Below are positions 55,315 through 64,000 of a stretch of DNA of 64,000 nt, piece after piece (position 1 is the first letter of the stretch; every line of letters begins with the position of its first letter). The notes below the pieces were generated by a model, which worked only from the letters and a program-made list of their open reading frames with translations, made no database searches and had not been told where the DNA came from. The DNA is from Pirellula staleyi DSM 6068 (lineage in GTDB: Bacteria > Planctomycetota > Planctomycetia > Pirellulales > Pirellulaceae), in the NCBI GenBank assembly GCA_945875845.1, contig CAMCMB010000036.1, forward strand, positions 2,053-66,052, written 5' to 3'. The position numbers and the translations under genes are program-made.

Positions 55315-57294
55315 CTATCGCCGGGTAGCGGGTTGCCATTGTCCTGCAAATTGATCAGTCTTGTACATCGGCAAATAGCGGTAGTAGACTTCGAGACACA
55401 TGCAAGCGACCGCCGTTGAATAGACGCGGCCACCGTAGCCTCCCCAGAGACAACTTGGATTCCATGAACCTTCCTCTTGTCCTCTAGGGATTTGAGTCGA
55501 ACAGAGCTGTTGCTTGAGCGAATCGTTCCATTGATTCCATGCGAGCTGCGATGGGCTGTTCAATTCTCCATCGCCTCGCAATTGGTACATGGCCAAGGTG
55601 GCATAGTACCAGTAGTAAAGGTTTTCCTCGCTCTTCCCGGGCAAGTTCTTGAGGATCATGCGTTGTGCCTCTTCGGCTGCAAGCGGAGTGCTCGGGAAAC
55701 TTAGCAACAATCGCGAAGCAAGCAATTCGGCAGTCATGGCCGGAGTCGCTAGTTCGGAGGCGGCCATCTGTCCCGCTTTCGGACGGTAGATGCCCAAACC
55801 TCCATTTCGACCTGCGCTTACCGAATCCAAGAATCGTTGCAGGACCAAGCGAGTCGGAGGGGCCAACGTGATTGCTTGATTATTGGCGGAGCTGTTCAGC
55901 AACATGGCTTGCCAACCGAATTGGCTCATGTCTCCTGGGTCTTCTGTAGGGAACTCGTATCGCCATCCACCTGTTCGCGGGTTCATCGCCCCAAGCGTAT
56001 ATTTGCACGCGGACTGAACCGCTGGCAGCATCACGGGGTCGCCCGTCATTCCGTACGCCTCGGTGAGTGCGAGAGCCGCCATGCCGTGGCTGTACATGCG
56101 TGCAAAACGGACGGTTGGCTCGCGACCAACTTGATCGCGTCCTGACAAATCTCCTGAAGGCAATTGTTGATCCTTGAGGTACAGCAACCCTCGGGTTACC
56201 ACTTCCTGGTATTTTCCATCGACGTGGGAATGGCCGGCACCTAGAAATGCAAGCAGAGCCAGCCCGGTCATGGCTGTATTGGCTTTCAAGCCAGCTTGGT
56301 GACGGTATTCGCTGTCGGTACGTTTCTTTGAGGCGGAGGGAACACGACCTGCGCCATGTTCGGCTGCGTGCCAGCCTCCGTCGAGGCCTTGCGCATGGGC
56401 GAGCCATACCAAGGCTCGTTCGACAGCAGATTCCGTGTTCACGTCACCTCCGTTGAGCATCGCATATTGCTGGCGTTGTGGCGACAGACGCATTTGATAA
56501 TGGATCGGAACGGGTTTGTGGTCGACTTTGCGAGTTTGTGTCGCCGCAGCCCCCGCGATGGCTTTGCTGCGATCCATCGGTTGGCCGTCCAATGGGGGCG
56601 TGTTGGGTTGTTGGGGTAGCTGCAATTGGCTCGGAAGCATTTCGTTTGCTGGATTGGCCAGGGCGGCAAGCATTGCGATTTGCTCTGCCGAGTCTATGGG
56701 AGGTAACTCTGGCTCGGGCGTGTCGCTTACCGCCGAGTGGTTCACCAGCGTTGGTCTCACCTCCAGAATAGGAAACTCCGGCGTCTTGGGTGTCTCGGTC
56801 GCTGTGGAAACCGAGCGTTCCTCTTGGTCGGGTTGATTGCGATTGAGAGGTGCTTCCCAGGGTGCGATCTCGAGTTCCTTTGTTGGGGGTTCCTCGGTGG
56901 ACTCCTGTTCCGACGTGGTCTCATGCTCAGAGGTAGAGGGTGTTTCGATGGCGGGCAAAGCTTCGATGAGTGTCATCGTGATCGCGCCGTTGTCGCTGCG
57001 TATTCCCCCTTGGTTGCCCCCTCCGAAACCAGGCGTCGCAATGCGGGTTCCGTATGCGTACATCAGGAGCCAAACGTGGGCAAGAAATGCTAAGGCAATG
57101 CATTTGGTAAGCGATTTGGTCTGTCCCCATTTGGTCCAAGATGCGACCAACAACGCAATTGCGACCACGGCCAAAAGGATACCAAGAACGATGGCCCAGA
57201 TGCGACCTCTACTGATGTCACCGATGGCCGCAAACATCCCTGGCGTTAGTCGCATTGCGAATTCGAAGATAGGACCAACGATGCGACTGGGCAT
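55315..57294 (-). CDS. Membrane-anchored protein with C-terminal prenyltransferase/squalene-cyclase-like (alpha/alpha toroid) repeats
   Basis: N-terminal TM helices and an acidic/Pro-rich linker. Repeats ALVWLAHAQGLDGGWH, GLALLAFLGAGHSH, LLYLKDQQLPSGD, MYSHGMAALALTEAY, NPRTGGWRYE. Confidence 0.7.
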   Translation of the reverse strand: MPSRIVGPIFEFAMRLTPGMFAAIGDISRGRIWAIVLGILLAVVAIALLVASWTKWGQTKSLTKCIALAFLAHVWLLMYAYGTRIATPGFGGGNQGGIRSDNGAITMTLIEALPAIETPSTSEHETTSEQESTEEPPTKELEIAPWEAPLNRNQPDQEERSVSTATETPKTPEFPILEVRPTLVNHSAVSDTPEPELPPIDSAEQIAMLAALANPANEMLPSQLQLPQQPNTPPLDGQPMDRSKAIAGAAATQTRKVDHKPVPIHYQMRLSPQRQQYAMLNGGDVNTESAVERALVWLAHAQGLDGGWHAAEHGAGRVPSASKKRTDSEYRHQAGLKANTAMTGLALLAFLGAGHSHVDGKYQEVVTRGLLYLKDQQLPSGDLSGRDQVGREPTVRFARMYSHGMAALALTEAYGMTGDPVMLPAVQSACKYTLGAMNPRTGGWRYEFPTEDPGDMSQFGWQAMLLNSSANNQAITLAPPTRLVLQRFLDSVSAGRNGGLGIYRPKAGQMAASELATPAMTAELLASRLLLSFPSTPLAAEEAQRMILKNLPGKSEENLYYWYYATLAMYQLRGDGELNSPSQLAWNQWNDSLKQQLCSTQIPRGQEEGSWNPSCLWGGYGGRVYSTAVACMCLEVYYRYLPMYKTDQFAGQWQPATRR

Positions 57295-57297
57295 GAT

Positions 57298-57726
57298 TTA
57301 ATGGCGCTGTCCGGGCATTTGATACGTGGCTAACGCGACACCATTTAGTTTCGCGCCAGATCTGTGTACGGCACTGGCTATGTCGGCGGCTTGTTGAAAC
57401 GGAATAGAGCCATCCAGCTTGATTTGCACGGACGTGTCAGGAAAGTTCCGAACGGCTTGGGCCAGCAGATTCGTCAGTTGTTCTTGATTTACTTGTTGAC
57501 CATCGATTCGAATGACGCCGTCGGTCGTCAAATAAACCGTTTTGCTAGAGGGGCTCGGCAGCATCGCTCCATTCGGTGCAACCTTTGGCAAGTTGATTTG
57601 AATGTTCGATTCGCTCTCAGTGAATTTCGTGCCAACCATGAAGAAGATGATCAGCAGAAAGAGGATATCGATCATGCTGGTCAAATTAATCGTTGGCGAT
57701 TCCTCTTGGTTGAGTTTGAGCGGCAT
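57298..57726 (-). CDS. exbD: ExbD/TolR-family biopolymer transport protein
   Basis: INLTSMIDILFLLIIFFMV followed by a periplasmic domain. Confidence 0.85.
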   Translation of the reverse strand: MPLKLNQEESPTINLTSMIDILFLLIIFFMVGTKFTESESNIQINLPKVAPNGAMLPSPSSKTVYLTTDGVIRIDGQQVNQEQLTNLLAQAVRNFPDTSVQIKLDGSIPFQQAADIASAVHRSGAKLNGVALATYQMPGQRH

Positions 57727-57740
57727 TCGCGACGGCTCCC

Positions 57741-58763
57741 TTAAGCTGCTTTACGCGTACGAGTGCGAGTTCGAGTCGTGTCGTTTTCCTGCAAGCCCTC
57801 GGCGCTAATGACTTCGACCAACTGCTGCGCGAAACGATCCATCTCCATGGTCAGCTGATCGGTGCGTCCAAGGAAATACATGTACAGCAAGTATGCAGGG
57901 ATTGCGACCAATAGCCCAGCGGCGGTTGTCAGTAGGGCTTGGCCAATGCCGCCGGCCAATTGTTCAGGGCGTCCCATGGCTTGAGCGCCCGATATATCGT
58001 TGAACGATTGGATCATCCCCATGACCGTTCCAAGCATCCCGAGCAAAGGTGCCACGTTGCTAATGGCGCTGAGCAGGCGCATATGTCGTCGCAGCTTGTT
58101 GCTCTCTCGTTCACCCGCATCGAGAACCGCTTGCTCAATCTCAACAGCGGATTTTCCGTATCGCTTGATCGCAGCCACCAAGATAGAAACCATCGGGCTC
58201 GGATTGCGCTCACAAAGCTCTAATGCCTCCTCGCGATCGATTTGTTGTTGCTGAAGTTGTTCGATCAGCCGCTTGACGAAGGGCCTCGGAATGACCCTGC
58301 CGGTTCGCAAATGGATGAACCGCTCAAACGCAAACACGGTTAGCACGAAGGAGCAAAGTGCGATGGGGTACATCATTAAGCCGCCGTCCTGAAAAATCTG
58401 CAAAAGATTTCTCACGGGGATAATGGAGTCCTTCGCGGAGGCCGGATTTGAGGGACTTGCGGGAGCTGAAGTGGATGCTGGTACCCCAATGCCCGAGGCC
58501 GCAGCATTCGGGTTATTGGCTACGCGAGTCGCCGGTTCGAAGCCGCCTGGATTTGGAGAGTTGCTCCATTGCGGGTTGTTGAACGACTGCCTTGGCAGGG
58601 CAGTACCGTTCGTATTGTTCGGACGACTGTTGTAGTTGCCTTGAGGGGGCCCTTGGGCTTCCACGTGTTGGCTGATAGCAACGCAGGAAAACAGCCAAAC
58701 GAGCGGAACGATGCGGCTGCCCCAACGTGTCGGCGAATAGGCGACGTTACGGCTATTCATCAT
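57741..58763 (-). CDS. exbB: MotA/TolQ/ExbB proton-channel family protein with long N-terminal extension
   Basis: LGMLGTVMGMIQSFNDI and LAGGIGQALLTTAAGLLVAIPAYLLY. Confidence 0.85.
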   Translation of the reverse strand: MMNSRNVAYSPTRWGSRIVPLVWLFSCVAISQHVEAQGPPQGNYNSRPNNTNGTALPRQSFNNPQWSNSPNPGGFEPATRVANNPNAAASGIGVPASTSAPASPSNPASAKDSIIPVRNLLQIFQDGGLMMYPIALCSFVLTVFAFERFIHLRTGRVIPRPFVKRLIEQLQQQQIDREEALELCERNPSPMVSILVAAIKRYGKSAVEIEQAVLDAGERESNKLRRHMRLLSAISNVAPLLGMLGTVMGMIQSFNDISGAQAMGRPEQLAGGIGQALLTTAAGLLVAIPAYLLYMYFLGRTDQLTMEMDRFAQQLVEVISAEGLQENDTTRTRTRTRKAA

Positions 58764-60622
58764 CGCTTGGTTCCTGACGAGCTTTGGTTGGGTTGAGTTG
58801 CGAGCGAAGAGGATGGGAGTAGTGATAATCGTTGTTTGGCCCGGGAAGCAAATGGACTTTCGCCAAATTCATTGGCAAGTTGGGAATACGCGTTGTGCGC
58901 ACCTTGCATATCTTGCGTTGCTTCGCAGCATTGCCCAATTTGCAAGAGCGCGGCTGAGTGCCAGTGGTTTTGTTTCGGAATTTTGAGTACTTGCTGATAT
59001 GCGTTTCTTGCTTCTTCGTATTTACGTTGCATCAAATACGTTTCCCCTGCCATCCAATTCGCGCGAGCCAATAACTCAGCAGGCGTGTTGTTGATGGAGC
59101 TTGTTAACGTATCGAGTACTTTTCGGGCGGCATCGAAGTCGGCTTTGGAGATCAAACACCTTGCAAAGAGATAATCGACTTCGTAACGGCGATTGCATTT
59201 GGGAAAATCGTTACGAATACGCAAAACGATTTCCTCAGCCCGGTCCCACTCCATTTTCAATGCAAGCAATTCCGCCGTCCGCAGGAGAATGACAGGAAGC
59301 CAGTCCGGGGGGGAACCAGATTCGGATTGCGATTGGGCAAACTGTTTCAGCCAAGTCCAGTGTGTTTCTGCCTCGGGCCAGCGCTCGAGTTGGTAGAGTG
59401 TTTCTGCAAGATGGAAATGAACGGAAACCTTCAGTTCCAAATTCGCGCTTTCGTGCTTAAGTGCTAGCTCAAAATCCGTTCGTGCTCCGTCCAGATCCCC
59501 AAGTTCCAACTTAGCTCGCCCTAGCAGCATTTCGGCATGCGGTAGCAAAGGTTCGGAGCATCCCATTCGGATCGCTTGTTCGGACCATTGAAGCGATTCC
59601 TGCCACTGATTGGAATCTATGGCATTGCGAGCAAGCCTAACTCTCGCCTCAATCGAGATGGGGGTATGAGGGAACCGGTGAACGAGTTGCAAGAGTATTT
59701 CGTTCGAGTTCGCGTTGTCCCCTGCATCCAGCAACGCCATCGCGAGTTCGTACAGCACCGACGCTTGAGGATTGCTAGCAATCGCGAGTCGAATGATAGG
59801 ATCGAGTGCCTGCACGGTATCGATGGACTCTCCGACGGCTTTCGATACTTTGATTTGCAGAAGCTTGAGTTGAATGGCGAGATTGTCGTCGAGCGTCTTG
59901 TCTGCCAGTTGGTCCAAGTACGATTTCGCTTCTGTGAATTGTTCCTCATGAAAGCAAGCTAGGGCAATTCCCCAGGTCGCTTGAGTGGCGATGTCCTCCG
60001 AATCACCGCAACATCCAAGTGCGTTTTGGAAGCATTCTTTGGCAGAACCCCAATCTTGGTGACGTTCCAAAAGGAGCGAGCCGAGTTCGAGCCAAGCTGC
60101 AGGCGAGCGTCTCGGCTGTTTGCTTTCGTTGGCCGAGTTTTTGAGAAATCCTCTTAAACGGGCTTCTGCCAACTCGAAGCGTTGTTTTTGGCGGTCCCAC
60201 TTGGCATGCAATACGTTGGTATTCTCCATCCATCGATGTATCCATTTGTCATCGAAGGATCGGTTGGCAGCCAACGCTTCGTCACGAAAGCTCGTCGTTT
60301 TCGCGAGCCAATCGGATAGCTTCGAGGCGGTCGCGTCCGACGGTTCCAGCGTCCAATTCGAAATGGCGGCAAAGTACTCGCATTGAATGGCCAACTCGGA
60401 CCCTTGGCATTGATTAGCAACGCTGTGAAAGAGCGCAGCTGATTTTTGAAACTGCTTTTGGGCGTAGGCTGCTCGGGCTTCTTGATATTGAGCGACAAGC
60501 GGGTTTTCCGGTTGTTGAGAAACGCATCGCAATGTCGTTAACAACACGATTGCTGCGGTCGCGAGGAAACCAACGGGGAATACAAACGGGTTTTGCCTGG
60601 GATTTCTCATACGCAAACGCAT
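58760..60622 (-). CDS. Tetratricopeptide-repeat protein (620 aa), secreted or anchored
   Basis: N-terminal hydrophobic segment and many TPR-like A/Y/W/L heptads. 4-nt overlap with exbB. Confidence 0.75.
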   Translation of the reverse strand: MRLRMRNPRQNPFVFPVGFLATAAIVLLTTLRCVSQQPENPLVAQYQEARAAYAQKQFQKSAALFHSVANQCQGSELAIQCEYFAAISNWTLEPSDATASKLSDWLAKTTSFRDEALAANRSFDDKWIHRWMENTNVLHAKWDRQKQRFELAEARLRGFLKNSANESKQPRRSPAAWLELGSLLLERHQDWGSAKECFQNALGCCGDSEDIATQATWGIALACFHEEQFTEAKSYLDQLADKTLDDNLAIQLKLLQIKVSKAVGESIDTVQALDPIIRLAIASNPQASVLYELAMALLDAGDNANSNEILLQLVHRFPHTPISIEARVRLARNAIDSNQWQESLQWSEQAIRMGCSEPLLPHAEMLLGRAKLELGDLDGARTDFELALKHESANLELKVSVHFHLAETLYQLERWPEAETHWTWLKQFAQSQSESGSPPDWLPVILLRTAELLALKMEWDRAEEIVLRIRNDFPKCNRRYEVDYLFARCLISKADFDAARKVLDTLTSSINNTPAELLARANWMAGETYLMQRKYEEARNAYQQVLKIPKQNHWHSAALLQIGQCCEATQDMQGAHNAYSQLANEFGESPFASRAKQRLSLLPSSSLATQPNQSSSGTKR

Positions 60623-60697
60623 ACGAAAAGCAGGCGATCTATTTCAAGTGCAATTGAAGAAACTTTGAAGTTTGGTGGATGAAATGGCTGGCGAGTT

Positions 60698-60782
60698 TGT
60701 CGCGGAACAGCGCAAGGCAATCCGGTGAGGATTCGTAAAGCACTTGCCAATTCAAAGGGCGGCTAGCACCGCTCCGCTACCC
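60698..60782. repeat. Copy of the GGTAGCGGAACAGCGC...GCTCCGCTACC long-hairpin repeat
   Basis: GTCGCGGAACAGCGCAAGGCAATCCGGTGAGG...GGGCGGCTAGCACCGCTCCGCTACC, compared with 26033-26116. Confidence 0.75.
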
Positions 60783-60819
60783 AAAAAATTTGTCCAAACC
60801 GAAAGTGTGTGCCCACTGC

Positions 60820-60885
60820 CCACTAACCACTAACCACTAACCACTAACCACTAACCACTAACCACTAACCACTAACCACTAACCA
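60820..60885. repeat. Heptanucleotide microsatellite (CCACTAA)x9
   Basis: Nine perfect CCACTAA units at 60820-60882 plus a partial CCA. It lies in the divergent region between the TPR operon and the M28 peptidase gene. Confidence 0.95.
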
Positions 60886-61178
60886 ATGCGAATGCCTACT
60901 TGGCTTGCCACTGTTGCTCTCAATACCCTAAACTCCCACCTAGCATTTTTCTCATTTCACCCTTGTTGGAAAACAGATTGGTTAAGAGCTCGCCGCGCCG
61001 AGTGGAATAGAGCAGGCCCTTGGGGAAATTGTTCACCAAACTACGGAACCTGCACTGTTTTTTGTTGGCGACTTCACGGCAATGATGGCATAATCCAACG
61101 CTTCAGCCGGACAGCCTGAAAAGAGTCCGTCGCTACGTTCGTTGTGAGCTTTCCGTTTGTAAACTTAACGAGGATTTC

Positions 61179-63050
61179 ATGCTTGCTAGATTATCCGCAG
61201 TTGCGTGTTTGATTTGTTCCATGTTCTGTTCGAATGTGTCCCTTGGTAGACAAACGACCGATCAAGCCACGAACGAAATGATCGCGAAGATCAAAGAAGA
61301 AGGACTTGAGCGATCCCAAGTGATGGACACGGTTAGCCATTTGACCGACGTTTATGGACCCCGATTAACGGGTTCTCCCATTACCAAGTCGGCTGGCGAG
61401 TGGACACGAAAAAAACTCTCTGACTGGGGATTAGAAAATTCTCACTTAGAACCATGGGGACCATTCGGACGGGGTTGGACGTTGGAGACCTTCACCGCCA
61501 ACATGGTCGAGCCCTCCTTTTCGTCGGTGATCGGCTATCCAAAAGCTTGGTCTCCAAGTACACCCAAGACTATTCGAGGCGAACCGATCTTGCTCGATGT
61601 TTCGAAAGCAGAAGATTTTGAGAAGTACCGTGGCAAGCTGTTGCGAGCCATCGTGATGATCAGTCCTCCTCGCGAGGTCAAAGCCCTTTTCGAGCCACCC
61701 GCCACACGACAGACCGACGAGTCACTGCTGGCGCTTGCGAATGCGGAGCCAGGTTCTCGTCGAGTTCGCCGACCTGGTGGAACGAGTGCCCCCGGCGGCG
61801 CATCTGGACCAAGTGGCGGGCCAGCAAATGCTGCCTCTCCACCTCAAGCAGGGACTTCCGGTAGTGGAACAGGAGGTGGTGGTTCTGACGGTCGATCTTC
61901 ACTCATGCTCCAGTCGGATAAATGGCAGTTTGCCTACAGCGAAGGTGCTGCGGTTGTCCTCGAACCTGGCCGAGGTGATGGCGGCACGGTCTTTGTGGGC
62001 TCCGTCACGCTACCGCGCCGACCTGAAAACGCGAACCGAAATCCAAACGATGCTACGGGGGGACGCAGCGCTCGCTCCTCGCCATGGTCACCCGAAGCGA
62101 CCGAAGTCATACCGCAAGTTGTCTTATCGGTAGAACACTACAACCGACTCGCAAGAATGCTTCAAAAGGGAGCTCATCCGATTTTGGAAATTGATATCGG
62201 CTGCCGCTACTACTCGGAAGATCTCAACAGCTTCAATATCATCGCCGAAATCCCTGGTACCGATCTGAAGGATGAGATCGTCATGTTAGGCGCTCACTTT
62301 GATTCATGGCACGCCGGAACCGGTGCTACCGATAATGCGATTGGATGCGCGGTTGCGATGGAGGCCGTCCGAATTCTCAAGACCATTGGGGCTCAGCCAA
62401 GGCGGACGATTCGAATTGGTTTGTGGACAGGCGAAGAGCAAGGATTATTGGGTTCAAAAGCCTATGTCGCCGAGCATTTCGGCCGAATGGTTCCTTCGAG
62501 CTCAGCAGACGAGGCGCGGGGACGCAATACCGATTCTGGTGCTGAAAACCAACGTGCTGAGCGAGCGAGACCCAAGTACGAACTCAAGGCGGAACACGAG
62601 AAGCTTTCCGCTTATTTTAACTTAGATAACGGTGCGGGCAAGATTCGCGGTATCTATCTGCAAGGCAACGATGCGGTTCGATCCACGTTTCGCGAATGGC
62701 TTGGACCGTTCGCCGAAATGGGAGCATCGACCGTGACACAATCCAACACGGGCGGTACCGATCACCTTTCTTTCGACGGCGTTGGCCTGCCAGGATTCCA
62801 GTTCATTCAGGATCCACTGGAATATGACACACGAACGCACCATTCCAGCATGGACGTTTACGAGCGAGTTCAAGCGGACGATGCCAAACAAGCCTCCATC
62901 ATTATGGCAACCTTCGTCTATCAGACAGCCATGTTGAAGGACAAGCTGCCTCGCAAGCCACTGGGTGGCGACGTGGTAACTCCTGCTACCGAAGCAGCGG
63001 AAGTGCCTGCGGCGGTTGCCGCACCGGCGACAACCGCCACGACTCCCTAG
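61179..63050 (+). CDS. Secreted M28-family aminopeptidase with Gly/Ser/Pro-rich insertion
   Basis: Signal peptide. MLGAHFDSWHAGTGATDNAIGCAVAMEAVRIL, WTGEEQGLLGS, GGTDHLSF. Low-complexity RRPGGTSAPGGASGPSGGPANAASPPQAGTSGSGTGGGGSDG. Confidence 0.85.
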   Translation: MLARLSAVACLICSMFCSNVSLGRQTTDQATNEMIAKIKEEGLERSQVMDTVSHLTDVYGPRLTGSPITKSAGEWTRKKLSDWGLENSHLEPWGPFGRGWTLETFTANMVEPSFSSVIGYPKAWSPSTPKTIRGEPILLDVSKAEDFEKYRGKLLRAIVMISPPREVKALFEPPATRQTDESLLALANAEPGSRRVRRPGGTSAPGGASGPSGGPANAASPPQAGTSGSGTGGGGSDGRSSLMLQSDKWQFAYSEGAAVVLEPGRGDGGTVFVGSVTLPRRPENANRNPNDATGGRSARSSPWSPEATEVIPQVVLSVEHYNRLARMLQKGAHPILEIDIGCRYYSEDLNSFNIIAEIPGTDLKDEIVMLGAHFDSWHAGTGATDNAIGCAVAMEAVRILKTIGAQPRRTIRIGLWTGEEQGLLGSKAYVAEHFGRMVPSSSADEARGRNTDSGAENQRAERARPKYELKAEHEKLSAYFNLDNGAGKIRGIYLQGNDAVRSTFREWLGPFAEMGASTVTQSNTGGTDHLSFDGVGLPGFQFIQDPLEYDTRTHHSSMDVYERVQADDAKQASIIMATFVYQTAMLKDKLPRKPLGGDVVTPATEAAEVPAAVAAPATTATTP

Positions 63051-63054
63051 CCTC

Positions 63055-63150
63055 GAAGATTAACCGGTGAAGCCGTTTGCGTCGCCTTTCGCTCCGCAAA
63101 AGAATGCGTTCTCCGTCGTGTTACCCTCGCGTGGCACGAGCGCGCTCGTT
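63055..63150. repeat. Copy of the GTCGCCTTTCGCTCCGC(A/G)AAAG repeat plus the CACGAGCGCGCTCGT palindrome
   Basis: Compare with 19099-19155, 26138-26205 and 19339-19354. Confidence 0.8.
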
Positions 63151-63160
63151 GCAGTGCTAG

Positions 63161-63427
63161 GTAGTCGCGATCAACGATCCCAAAAATTCCAAAGCCAAAA
63201 CTTCCAAAGCAGGTAAAAAATCGGAGGCAACAATCCAGGAACCGACGGGTGAGCCGAACATCGAAGAGCGAAAAGGGCCGTCTGTTCTGAAACTTTCGCG
63301 GTTGATTGAGATGAAGATCGCGAGCGGCCCTAGCTGCGTGCAGCGGAAGCACAAGGATTTTGCAGACGTAGTCGAGCTAATTGCAATACGAAATTTGGAT
63401 AGCGCGTTCGCTCAAACCTTGCATTAG
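63161..63427 (+). pseudogene. Start-less C-terminal fragment resembling a minimal nucleotidyltransferase-fold (AbiEii/MNT-like) protein
   Basis: Hand translation: ..GPSVLKLSRLIEMKIASGPSCVQRKHKDFADVVELIAIRNLDSAFAQTLH*. It is bounded upstream by an in-frame TAG (63158-63160), and the first ATG appears only at 63311. Confidence 0.25.
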
Positions 63428-63539
63428 TCGATTCGCTAGACATTCAAGGAACTTGTGTGCAGCCCTCAGTCACAAGATTGAGGTCCATTCGCGAGCTTTC
63501 GCGCCGCGCTTTCGCTATAATCGATTCCGTCCTACGCCG

Positions 63540-63790
63540 AGCGGCAGATTGCAGGGTCCAAAACCGAAGCGTAAGCGAGGGACCATTTCGCAAGTCCCTC
63601 ACTTACGGGCTTGTTGATTTAGTGAAGTCCTTATTGGTTAAGGGCGGTATGACGGACTTCCAAGTCCGTCAACAGGGAGTTCGACGGACTTGGAAGTCCG
63701 TCGTACCATTAAAGCAACAAGCCGGTAAGCGAGGGACAATTTCGCAAGTCCCTCACTTACGTATCGGGTTATGATTGGTAGGTTACAGTC
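63540..63790. repeat. Palindromic repeat mosaic
   Basis: TAAGCGAGGGAC..GTCCCTCACTTAC hairpins at about 63569 and about 63725 flank the double-hairpin unit (GACGGACTTCCAAGTCCGTC 63651-63670; GACGGACTTGGAAGTCCGTC 63683-63702). Confidence 0.85.
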
Positions 63791-63859
63791 TGCCGCTCGC
63801 CTAGCAATAAGTTTTTGTCGGTTTCGTTGGTTCCACGATCGAACAGGCTGCGATTGATC

Positions 63860-64000
63860 ATGATATTGAATGTCCGTGCTTTGGTAGCGAGTCTTTCTCT
63901 CTGCTTAATTCTATTGGCCTCTCGAAGTTCGCTAAGTCTCGCTCAAGGAAGCAAGCTTCCTTTGGTCAGCGCGGTTGCAGCCCAGCCGGTTTCGGTTCAC
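63860..64000 (+). CDS. Partial CDS (first 47 codons) of a secreted protein; continues beyond the window
   Basis: ATG 63860: MILNVRALVASLSLCLILLASRSSLSLAQGSKLPLVSAVAAQPVSVH. Signal-peptide-like, with no stop before the window end. Confidence 0.5.
   Translation, partial: MILNVRALVASLSLCLILLASRSSLSLAQGSKLPLVSAVAAQPVSVH

Overview
This 64-kb chromosomal segment looks planctomycetal (Pirellulales-like). The clues are GTG/TTG starts, weak Shine-Dalgarno signals, PQQ-propeller, LRR/PDZ, ECF-sigma/Ser-Thr-kinase and ExbBD/prenyltransferase-like genes, and intergenic spaces packed with palindromic repeats. It splits into two parts. (i) Positions 1 to about 15.2 kb form an accessory, defence-type island. 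A partial 2TM effector-like gene runs off the left edge. Diverging from it is a nearly gapless plus-strand array of ten genes: XRE repressor, ImmA/IrrE metallopeptidase, SNF2 helicase, DUF4391, beta-class DNA methyltransferase, AlbA_2/HATPase_c_4 protein, Type III Res helicase-nuclease, then a TIGR04255-like protein and two small unknowns translationally coupled behind Res. Two gene remnants mark the right junction. None of the host repeat families was seen by eye inside the island. (ii) Positions about 15.3-64 kb are core genome: cysS, argS, hisGE, feoAAB, rplM-rpsI, mutY, thiL, rex, galM, ABC polysaccharide exporter, MMPL/RND transporter, rhomboid and M28 peptidase. Several architectures here are unusual: a FAAL-ACP-oxoamine synthase tri-domain gene coupled to rex, a D-aminoacylase/glutamate-racemase fusion, an ECF sigma/zf-HC2-kinase/coiled-coil operon, a DUF559 gene inside nested inverted repeats, an Sm-like ORF split by an in-frame TGA, and a 7-mer x9 microsatellite. 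I recognised no rRNA, tRNA, CRISPR array, integrase or transposase. All domain calls come from motif recognition by eye and need HMM confirmation.
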